Origin: Flectonema sp. DT1601
Lineage: Eukaryota
Length of the DNA: 64,000 nt
Reading direction: 5' to 3'
Assembly: GCA_964019425.1 (NCBI GenBank)
Contig: OZ025791.1
Location: forward strand, 1,302,001 to 1,366,000
Under the pieces are notes generated by a model. That model did no database searches. It saw only the letters and a program-made list of their open reading frames with translations, and was not told the origin of the DNA. Each line of letters starts with the position of its first letter. Position 1 is the stretch's first letter. A program made the translations under genes and the position numbers. This document shows, piece after piece, positions 24,172 through 33,178 of this stretch.

Positions 24172-25134
24172 TTACCCCCTCTAATTATATAAGGATAGCG
24201 TACCTTTCCAATTTCGGTAGTTTTACTTCGGTCTTACGGAGACAATTTTTTTCGACGTAGCTTTTGGAGATATTAGAGAGATGACTGATTACAATTAAGG
24301 ATAATATTATTGTGCGGGAAAAAAAAAAAAAAATAATAATAATATTCGGAGCACAACCACAACCACATTAGATCTCCATCACTCTTTGGGGTGTCGCCTG
24401 TAGAAGAAATATACTTCAGATCAATCACGAAAATCAGAGAATAGTAGAAAATGAAGTAGTAGAAAAGGTGATTAGATCCATTTACCACCAAACCTTCCTA
24501 TTTCCCCCCCCCCTCCCTTTTTTTTCCTTTCGGGATATTATTGTGCGAGGAAAAAAAAAAGAGGGGAAAAAAAAAAAAAAAAAAAAAAAAAACCCGGGAT
24601 AATTCTTCCGAGTAAGAAAGGGGAGATAAAATATGCACCTGAGAGGTAAAGTACACGGCTGAACAGTCTGTTAGATTATCTTTGTGTTTGTGGATATTTC
24701 TGATGGGGGTTTTATGGTGCTGAGAAATTACTCGGTGATATCATGTCTCTTTAGTTTCCCTACCAGTAGTCGTAGTAGCGATCCTAATAGTTTCTTTGAA
24801 GCGTCCTTGCTTCTTCGCAAGAGGAAAAAGTAATAACAATATGACTAAGTATTTAGTCATTTTTTCTTTTCTCTCATTTCTTCTTCATTTTCTTCTTATC
24901 CTTCTTTTTCTTTTTGTTTCTTTTGCCTGTTTGCTGTAGGGGCTTTCTCCCCAACTCCCCAACACAGTCTTTGATTTGGATTGTTTACAAATTGTTACTA
25001 CGGCACTGAATTCATTCATTCATTCTACAGAAATAATGACCAACATTATTATATTATGACTAAGGGGATCACAGTTAACAGATATAGTACAGCTTACAGT
25101 ATAACTTTATTGATTTCCCAACACAACCCCTAAA

Positions 25135-26844
25135 ATGAAAGTACAGCCGGTCGGGTCTCTTGATGAGGCCCGATTGTTGTCCCTCTTCAGGAAATTCCTG
25201 AGTGAGGAACTGAGTGTTGAGAAGAAGAGAACGAAGAAGAAGAAGGGAGAGGCGGAAAAAACAGAAGCCAAGTGGCAAAAAGTTAGAGGTCCGCAAAAAA
25301 TAGAAAGCTCAGCGAAGAGAACAGCCATTGCTCCGGGTAAGAAGGACGGATACTATGGCGCCTTACTGAATATGGCGAAGAAGCCTGATACGAAGTCGAC
25401 CCAGCAGATTAAGACCCCGCTGATTAAGACACCTCCGTTAAAAACTCTGCCACCTTCATGGCAGAACATCACTTTACGACCAGAAGACTGGGTTTTACCG
25501 GTTGTCACTGCTACGACAGCCTTCTCAAGTATTAGCAATACCTCTGGTATTTTTATTTGTAACCCAGCAGACGCAGTCCTGGCGTCTCGCAAACAAGGTG
25601 ACTTTTCAGTCATCACTCACAAACAGTTGGAAGGTAGCACTCGGCTGACTTTTCCAATAATCATCAACGGAAAAACGTCGTCGCGTACTGGTTGGATCTC
25701 GTCCTACGGCAGCACGAAAGCCCCTCTCAGAACCCAACAGAAGTCTGAGAGAAACGTTAAAAATTGCGTAGTGTTATTTCACGCGCATAAATCTTATTTT
25801 GCTGAGAAGGTGGAAGTCACTCCGGACTTTCTGATGACACGCGCACGAGCAGCATACCTCAGTGCGTTCGGCGAAGAGATCGACAGTCACCTGGTGTGGC
25901 CATCAAAACAGAGGGAAACCTCTAATAAAATTAGAACGGTGAACATGCGAATTCCGTGTACGCGCGTTCACAAGCTGTCGTTGGAGGTCACAGTCAACGG
26001 CCCAGACGGGTATTTTGTCACATTGCCGAAATTTACCCAGGACAGTATAGATGCAAAATTAAGCATCATCATGCTACAGACAAACGATCTTCAGCAGGCG
26101 AAAAACATCGGGAAGTCCCTCAACTCTCCGGTGACTTTCTTACGTGGTACAAACAAACTAGGAATAATCTGTTCGGCATCAATGACTGACCAAACACGTT
26201 CATCGCTTGGAGAGCTTGCATGTCCTGCTCCACCGGTAGGAGATAAATACAGAATCTCTGGTGATCATGTGGGCCGCCTTTCTCGGAGCCAACTATGGCA
26301 AATCTGTAATAGCCATGGTTGGGAAATTTCGACCTGTACCCACTTCAGCAGGAAAAATTCGAAGACGAACATGAGGTCTAGTCATTGTATAGTAGTGGCA
26401 CGGACGTCGCCTCCCAGCTCGGTCCTGTGGGCTGATGACTTCTTCATCACAGTGAATGCTGTGTCTTCAACACTTCCAACGCAGAAAGATTTCCCGGCCT
26501 TGGGAAAGTCGGATGGGGATGTGGCAATGGATAATAACAGCCAGTGTTACAAAACACCTATTGACACGCCGATTGGAACCCCTTTACAACTCCCTAGTCA
26601 GCCCTCTGAGCCTTCCAATGCTGAGATCATGCAGCAACTGCAGACGCTCAACCTTACCATAGATGGATTACGAAGGGAACTGGCCGCGGAGAAAGAAGCA
26701 AATCAGAAACTTAGAGATAAACTGGGTAAATCCAACAAAGATCGCGAACGCCGCAGCGGTAGAGATTCCACCGACCAGCGCCCTCGGGCCAACTCTCACG
26801 CTGATATGGCGGCTCAACTGAAGCACAACCAGTCAGCCCAGTAG
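25135..26844 (+). CDS. Retrotransposon ORF1 protein (basic, C-terminal coiled coil)
   Basis: 569-aa Lys/Arg-rich ORF directly upstream of and in frame with ORF2, with the coiled coil IMQQLQTLNLTIDGLRRELAAEKEANQKLRDKL. Confidence 0.8.
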   Translation: MKVQPVGSLDEARLLSLFRKFLSEELSVEKKRTKKKKGEAEKTEAKWQKVRGPQKIESSAKRTAIAPGKKDGYYGALLNMAKKPDTKSTQQIKTPLIKTPPLKTLPPSWQNITLRPEDWVLPVVTATTAFSSISNTSGIFICNPADAVLASRKQGDFSVITHKQLEGSTRLTFPIIINGKTSSRTGWISSYGSTKAPLRTQQKSERNVKNCVVLFHAHKSYFAEKVEVTPDFLMTRARAAYLSAFGEEIDSHLVWPSKQRETSNKIRTVNMRIPCTRVHKLSLEVTVNGPDGYFVTLPKFTQDSIDAKLSIIMLQTNDLQQAKNIGKSLNSPVTFLRGTNKLGIICSASMTDQTRSSLGELACPAPPVGDKYRISGDHVGRLSRSQLWQICNSHGWEISTCTHFSRKNSKTNMRSSHCIVVARTSPPSSVLWADDFFITVNAVSSTLPTQKDFPALGKSDGDVAMDNNSQCYKTPIDTPIGTPLQLPSQPSEPSNAEIMQQLQTLNLTIDGLRRELAAEKEANQKLRDKLGKSNKDRERRSGRDSTDQRPRANSHADMAAQLKHNQSAQ

Positions 26845-29800
26845 CAATCAATCGCTCCCATTCCTGACAACATATTTCATGAAACAGTAACAGCCCGTAT
26901 TAACCTCTTACGCTCAGGGATCCACCCTAATCCTGGGCCTCTTAGGGTACTCTCATGGAATATGAGAGCTTATAAAACATCGCGTTCACATCTCGATGCT
27001 ATTATCGAAGCTCACGACCCTGATATTATCCACCTCCAGGAAACTTGGTTGAAAGCAGACGTAACCGATGATCAACTTGGTATTACAGGATATTCATTAT
27101 TCCGCCGTGATAGGTGCGACTCTTCTAAAATGGGAGGCGGTGGACTTCTTTCTTATTTCAAAAAGTCTCTTGGTACGGTCCAATTAGAAGTAGGTAAGCA
27201 TCCATCCGCTGTTGAGGTTATCCATTGCAGTTTCTCGACTTCCATGGGCATATTTAGAACTTTTAATATTTACATCCCACCGAAGGTGTGCCAGCTGCCC
27301 TCTTCTATGTTTTTGGGGGATCTAGCAGTAGGTGATTTCAATGCACATCATGAATCTTGGTCGCGTCGAATTCCTAAGGGGTGCGTCTCTTCAGGAAGGA
27401 TAGTAAATGAATGGATTATAAATAATGGATTAGCTATTGAACCTCTGGCTCCTTCTATTCCTGCTCATGGTACAACGCCCGATTTATTATTGCACTCGCC
27501 GCAGTTCAAGTGTCTGCGTTCGCTGCAGATTGATGCTGGGCAAGTTAATTCCGATCATACCCCAATTGTTGCAGATTTTAATGTGACTCCCCTCACTGTA
27601 CCGGTAGCTATTCCGGCTCATCGTATATGGTTCAAAAACAGTTTTACGGAATCTCATTGGTCCTCCTTCTCCGCACAACTTGACTCCCATTGTTTTAGAC
27701 TTAAAAGGATACGATCTTTAAATAAACTCTGTGACAGTTTTGTTCGAACAATAGAATCTGTTGCGATTGATACTCTTCCAAATAAGTGGCACAAAGAATC
27801 TTTCCGGGTTAAACGCAAACATCGCCATTTGGACCCTGAACTTATTCTAATCGACGGTTGTAAGAAGGGCTTTAGCTGGACTTATAAGAAATTACGAGAA
27901 CTGAAAGGAGAGTCAACGGTTATTGAGACCCCGCAGGTGAACGTCGGAGCGCTCAAACGTCGCTTTTTCCCTGATTCTTCTGACAATCGTCCCTTGCTTA
28001 TTCCGCATACTTCAAAGGTGGATTTTTCAGAACCCAGTTGCTCTCCTTTTACAATGGCAGAGGCCCAAGCAGTTTTTAATTCTTTGAAAAAGTCTGACGG
28101 CTCCGGTCCGGATTCTATAAGTAACAACATGATTTATCATTTTGGAGATATGGCTAAGGAAGTTCTCCTACGTATTGCAAACTGGTCTTTCCAGAGAGGA
28201 ACCTTCCCGAAATGTTTGAAAGTAGCACATGTTCTCCCTATTCTAAAAGGTAGCAAAAAGGACCCGACTGATGCCGCCTCCTATCGTCCTATCTCATTGA
28301 CCTCAGTAGTTGCTAAATTCATTGAATCCCTTGTCCATTTTAGATTAGAACATCTGCTGATTTCTAAACTAGACCCTAAACAATCTGGGTTTGTTCCTGG
28401 TAGGTCAGCGGAGGAAAATATAGCCGTTATGATCGAAGCTGCAGCTGAAGTTAAAAACAATTATGAGAAATGTGCAACGATGATTTTCTTCGATATCTCG
28501 GGTGCGTTTGATAATGTGGATCACCATATTCTAATGAGTAGGCTTACAACACTCATCCCAGTCCCTTATGTAAGGTGGATTGGTAATTTCCTCTCGGACC
28601 GAGTAGCGCATCTTCTCCACGGCCATAACCGTACAGGCCCGATTTCTTGCAAAAAGGGGGTCCCACAAGGCAGTATTCTAGGACCGCTCTTATTCCGTGT
28701 GTACGTGAACTCCCTACCGGATGCCATCACAGCCGATTTAAAGCTGTTATACGCGGATGACTTGACAGTGTTTGTTAGTGGCTCTTCGGTTAGTGATTTG
28801 GAATCCAAGGCGAACAATGCCATAGGACAAGTGGAGAACTGGCTCGCTGATTCAGCAATGTCCCTCTCTCTGAACAAGACTGAATTTTTGGCATTCGGAG
28901 GACGTTTCTCAGACAGAAGTATTTGTAGACTTCCAAGACTTTATTTTCCCTCTACGGTGGACGATATCGACCTTCCCCGTGGCTCTGCCGACTTCATCAG
29001 GATACATCAGGATGATGGTGCCGCAGCTCTGCTCAATTTCAAAACAGGACCGGTATACCCACTTGCAATTAATGGTAACTACCTTGAGACCCGCTCTCAA
29101 CTTTCACAAAGGACGCCAAAGGGTTCTTTCGTTCTAAAGGCTGCAATCCCTCTAAGGCGTGTGTCGCAGTCGCGGTATCTAGGCATAATTATCGACGATG
29201 ATTTATCTTTTACATCGCAGTTAGCTCACCTATCAAATACCCTAAAGCGGGGAATCGGCTTGATTTCGATAGTTTCATCTTTTAAAATCAAAACGGAAGT
29301 TCTCCGACAAACAATCTATGGGCTGATCCTCTCTAGGGCCTATTACGGACTAGCTTCTTATGCACCCTATATCAAGCAGAATTCTTTGAAACTTATTGAG
29401 AATACACTTCGTTCACTTCAACTAAGACTGACGGGATGCTCCAAATCGACCTCCTCAACTGCATTATCGGTAGAATCTAGTATTCCCCCGTTCAAACTAC
29501 ACGTGGCTAAAGTCCTGGCTTTATCCTACGAACGTTTCCTGAGGCTCCCAGACGATTGCCCGACTCGGTCGTTGGTTCACCCTGAAAAGTCTAGCTCGTG
29601 GAAACTCTACGCAGAACCCCATGCCAAGACTTATGTGACCCCTAATGAAAGATCAATGCTCTGCCTACCGCATCACCAGACTCCTTGGGGACCACCCCCG
29701 GATGTTATTATCAATTCCTGGGCAGATTTCCGTAAGTCCATGGACCCATGCAAGAATTTGTTAGCTGCACTTGGAAAAATTAAGACCCTCCCAAAGTCAG

Positions 29801-30969
29801 TGGCCTCGCTGTATACAGATGCATCCTACTTCCAAGATAAAGAAAGTAACTACCATTGTGGTAATGCAGCAGTTTTAATCTTTGGAAAGAGATGCATCAA
29901 AGAAATACATCGTTACGACCCATCTCTGATGATTTATAATGCCGAGCAACAGGCTCTGTTATCAGCAGTGAATTTGATTGAAAAGTATTCGTCTTGCCTG
30001 CCAAGTGGGAGGATTAATATAATCACGGATAGTCAGTCAGCACTTCGAAGTCTTGAGCGTGGACATCTGAAGCAACATTCAGCGACTAATGCCGAATTAT
30101 TTAGGAGAATATCGCTGCTCCAGCGTCCGATCACCCTACAATTTGTCCCCTCACACTGTGGGATCATCGGAAATGAAATGGCCGATTCTCTCGCCAACAA
30201 AGCAGCGGCTTCTGCTATTCCCTTAACAGTGGTCAAGTTTGACTACAGGATGACCCAATGTTCAGTGAATAATAAAATCCGAAGAAACTGGTACGAGCAG
30301 CGCAGTACATCACATGTGCACTCTTTATCGACAATGGGCAGAGGTGCTCAACGCTTCCACCCGGATCTTAACCGTGAGGGAGAAATGCAAATCGCCCGCC
30401 TCAGGACTGGACACCATCCGCTTGTGAAGCAACCAAGAAAGGGATTATCAAACTGTCTCTTCTGTAATAAAAGAGATACAGATACTCACCATTTACTATC
30501 GAAATGTCCGGAGACTAAGATGTTTGTTCAAATTCACTTCCCACAGATGGTATTTAATGATCAAGATGAGGATGTGGGTCAACATCTACACAAGTTTTTT
30601 GCTACTGAAAACCAATTGGCTCTCATATCGCTCTTGAATGACCTCAGGAGCCTACACGACAGCTTCCCGTTACGTCGAGCGGTCCCTCGACAACGTCTTG
30701 TCAAATATTTGTCCGTTCATTCCACTGTTACCACACTTGATTCGAAGTGTAAGGAGGAAGTCAGAAAACTGATCTCAGAAGTTTATAACGCAAATGAAAT
30801 CGAAAAAGTCTACGACCATTTGTGGGACTTGGAGTTATACTGTTTCTTGAATTCGGATAAAAACAAAAACCAACATTTTAACTCATTCCTGGAGAAGATA
30901 AGGTCTTCTAAATTTACTCGGATCGATCCAGTGTGGTTCGATTCAAATAAATGGCTGCTGCCAACCTAG
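26845..30969 (+). CDS. Retrotransposon ORF2: 2A-like peptide, AP endonuclease, reverse transcriptase, RNase H, CCHC finger
   Basis: APE motifs: VLSWN, LQETW, GDFNAHH, TPDL, SDH. RT motifs: YRPISLTS, QSGF, FDISGAFD, GVPQGSILGP, YADD, YLG. RNase H motifs: YTDAS, AEQQA, TDSQS, VPSHCGIIGNEMAD. Zinc finger: CLFC...HLLSKC. The frame is open from the codon after the ORF1 TAG; the first ATG is at 26962. Confidence 0.95.
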   Translation, partial: QSIAPIPDNIFHETVTARINLLRSGIHPNPGPLRVLSWNMRAYKTSRSHLDAIIEAHDPDIIHLQETWLKADVTDDQLGITGYSLFRRDRCDSSKMGGGGLLSYFKKSLGTVQLEVGKHPSAVEVIHCSFSTSMGIFRTFNIYIPPKVCQLPSSMFLGDLAVGDFNAHHESWSRRIPKGCVSSGRIVNEWIINNGLAIEPLAPSIPAHGTTPDLLLHSPQFKCLRSLQIDAGQVNSDHTPIVADFNVTPLTVPVAIPAHRIWFKNSFTESHWSSFSAQLDSHCFRLKRIRSLNKLCDSFVRTIESVAIDTLPNKWHKESFRVKRKHRHLDPELILIDGCKKGFSWTYKKLRELKGESTVIETPQVNVGALKRRFFPDSSDNRPLLIPHTSKVDFSEPSCSPFTMAEAQAVFNSLKKSDGSGPDSISNNMIYHFGDMAKEVLLRIANWSFQRGTFPKCLKVAHVLPILKGSKKDPTDAASYRPISLTSVVAKFIESLVHFRLEHLLISKLDPKQSGFVPGRSAEENIAVMIEAAAEVKNNYEKCATMIFFDISGAFDNVDHHILMSRLTTLIPVPYVRWIGNFLSDRVAHLLHGHNRTGPISCKKGVPQGSILGPLLFRVYVNSLPDAITADLKLLYADDLTVFVSGSSVSDLESKANNAIGQVENWLADSAMSLSLNKTEFLAFGGRFSDRSICRLPRLYFPSTVDDIDLPRGSADFIRIHQDDGAAALLNFKTGPVYPLAINGNYLETRSQLSQRTPKGSFVLKAAIPLRRVSQSRYLGIIIDDDLSFTSQLAHLSNTLKRGIGLISIVSSFKIKTEVLRQTIYGLILSRAYYGLASYAPYIKQNSLKLIENTLRSLQLRLTGCSKSTSSTALSVESSIPPFKLHVAKVLALSYERFLRLPDDCPTRSLVHPEKSSSWKLYAEPHAKTYVTPNERSMLCLPHHQTPWGPPPDVIINSWADFRKSMDPCKNLLAALGKIKTLPKSVASLYTDASYFQDKESNYHCGNAAVLIFGKRCIKEIHRYDPSLMIYNAEQQALLSAVNLIEKYSSCLPSGRINIITDSQSALRSLERGHLKQHSATNAELFRRISLLQRPITLQFVPSHCGIIGNEMADSLANKAAASAIPLTVVKFDYRMTQCSVNNKIRRNWYEQRSTSHVHSLSTMGRGAQRFHPDLNREGEMQIARLRTGHHPLVKQPRKGLSNCLFCNKRDTDTHHLLSKCPETKMFVQIHFPQMVFNDQDEDVGQHLHKFFATENQLALISLLNDLRSLHDSFPLRRAVPRQRLVKYLSVHSTVTTLDSKCKEEVRKLISEVYNANEIEKVYDHLWDLELYCFLNSDKNKNQHFNSFLEKIRSSKFTRIDPVWFDSNKWLLPT

Positions 30970-31388
30970 CGTTAATTGTTAATGCTCTACGAGTGCTTTA
31001 GTATATTATCAGTGTAATTGTTCTATCCCGTTTTAATTTTGATGATTTTTATTTATTTATTATTAATTTTTTTTTTTGTTTATTTTATTTTATTTTATTT
31101 TATATTTTTTTTATTTTTTATTTTTTTTTAGTTCGATAGTTTAATAAGCTAGGCGAGGCGGAAAGCTGGAGATTGGTATTTATTAATCTTTCAGTCGATG
31201 CTACTTCAACAATCCATGCGAAATCTTCGGATATGGCTACGGATTGGGTCCTCTGTTACTGTGAGTTACCTAGCACTCATAATATACAGTAACGTTGGAT
31301 TAAATAACTAACTAACTAACTAACTAACTTATAGTAATCCTTTAACTCAACTCACGGCAGGTTTAGTTTGAACTTCAAATACATAAAA

Positions 31389-32640
31389 ATGACCGCCCGT
31401 TTAGAAGTTATGAAGCAGCACCTCACTCCTTACAGAGTTGTAGACACTCCGTACAGAGAGGAGATGATTGCCACTTGCAAGGCGATCACCCGTCCAGGAA
31501 AGGGACTTCTCGCAGCCGACGAGTCAGTCGGTAGCTGCGACAAGAGATTCAACCCAATCGGATTAGAGAACAACGCTGAGAACAGAAGAAGATACAGAGA
31601 CCTCATGTTAGGAGCTGAAGGACTTGAACAGTACATCAGCGGTGTGATCTTCCACGAGGAGACTCTTTACCAAAAGTCTGACAGTGGAGTCGTATTCCCA
31701 GAGCACCTTCGCAAGCTCGGAGTTATCCCGGGAATCAAAACTGACAAGGGAATGGTTGCATCCGGTTCAGGTGCACCAGGTGAACAATGTACTCAGGGAC
31801 TTGATGACTATGAGAAGAGATGCTCGAAATACTACTCTGCTGGAGCTCGTTTCTGCAAGTGGAGAAATACCTACAAGATCCAGAACGGAACTGTTTCTGA
31901 CTATTTGATTCACGCCAACGCTGAGACCCTCGCGAAGTACGCGCAGCTGTCACAGAGAGTTGGATTGGCTCCGATTGTTGAGCCTGAAGTTATGATTGAT
32001 GGTGACCATGATTTGGCTACCTGTCAGGCTATCACTGAGAAGGTTCAGGCTGCCGTAGTGAGTGCTCTTCACCGTCACGGGGTCATCTTCGAAGCGATGT
32101 TGTTGAAGCCTAACATGGTTGTCTACGGTGCTGATTCGGGTAAAACTGGAGTTCCTGTTGAGGTTGCTCGTGCGACCGTCACCACTCTTTCCCGTACCCT
32201 TCCAGCAGCAGTACCGGGAATTACCTTCTTGTCAGGTGGTCTTTCTGAGGGACAGGCATCGGCGTACCTTAACGCGATGAACCAGATCAGTGACATCGCG
32301 AGACCATGGGCACTCACATTCTCATATGCCAGAGCTCTTCAGTCATCAGCTCTTAAGGCGTGGAAGGGTAAGGACTCAAACAAGAAGGTTGCTCGTCAGG
32401 TATTCCTTCACAGAGCCAAGATGAACTCGAAGGCTAACCAGGTATGTTCTTCTTCTTTTTGCTAAAGTACTTCTTAATCATGTGGTGATTACGATTTTAG
32501 AGAACCTTATATTTTTGATAAATTCATTCACATCATTCTGATAACTACTTACTATAATTAAAAAACAGGGTGTTTACGATGCCAACGAGGACACAGCAGG
32601 TTCCCAAACGTCTCTCTACGTTAAGGGACACACTTATTAG
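31389..32640 (+). CDS. ALD: Class I fructose-bisphosphate aldolase with PTS2 (glycosomal/peroxisomal type), copy 1; exons 31389-32441 and 32569-32640
   Basis: Motifs [31 protein letters not shown] and [10 protein letters not shown]. The N-terminal RLEVMKQHL fits the PTS2 consensus RLx5HL. Intron 32442-32568 yields the canonical C-terminal SLYVKGHTY. Confidence 0.97.
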
Positions 32641-33178
32641 GAGATTCATTTTGTGCCAATAGCTTGCAATGAGCTGCTTTGGAAAGCATTTGAAAAAAAA
32701 GAAAAAAAGTAAAGTAAAGTAAAGTAAAATAAGTGCGTTACGTGCGTAAGTCTATTCTAGCTTATATTCCTCTCTCTATCCGATGAACACGTCTTGTGGC
32801 TCTTGGTGTTTTACTTTGCAAATATGACTGACCTCTCAGGGAGGATGCGATGCCCCCTGAGTGTTCACAATATAGTGCAAGTTCCCTCTTTTGTTCTGCT
32901 ATCTGTAGGGCTATTTGATTTTGTTGTGTTTTTCATATGGAAAAAAATAATCTCTTCTGTAATTCAGGTTCGTTGTAGTATGTGGGTATGTCTCCAATTG
33001 TGTTATATTGATAATAAGACTGGTTAAGTGTGATTAACATCTACTGACTCATCTTGAAGAAGGTGGGAAATGTTTTCAATGTGATCCTGAGCGAGGAATT
33101 GCGGAGACATTGCAATGACATGTTACGAAAGTTTTATAATTTATTCGGACATCAGATACTAACAAACCTATCGCAAAA

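Larger units (their letters stand above)
25064..31329 (+). mobile_element. Apparently full-length non-LTR retrotransposon (APE-RT-RNase H type, Ingi/I-group-like); 5' boundary approximate
   Basis: ORF1 plus ORF2 with APE, RT, RNase H and a CCHC finger. GC content is higher than in the flanks. It has a structured 3' UTR and a (TAAC)n tandem tail at about 31305-31329. No clear TSD was identified. Confidence 0.93.

Noticed and set aside
2944..24600. Many short ORFs rich in poly-Lys or poly-Phe in intergenic regions
   Set aside because: They are translations of poly(A)/poly(T) tracts with no protein-like features.
25000..25134. HDV-like ribozyme or 77-nt signature expected at the 5' end of Ingi/L1Tc-type elements
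   Set aside because: The region is AT-rich and I could not fit an HDV-like nested pseudoknot by eye.
26962..26964. ATG given by the ORF track as the ORF2 start
   Set aside because: It lies downstream of the conserved endonuclease SWN motif, so it is unlikely to be the functional N-terminus.
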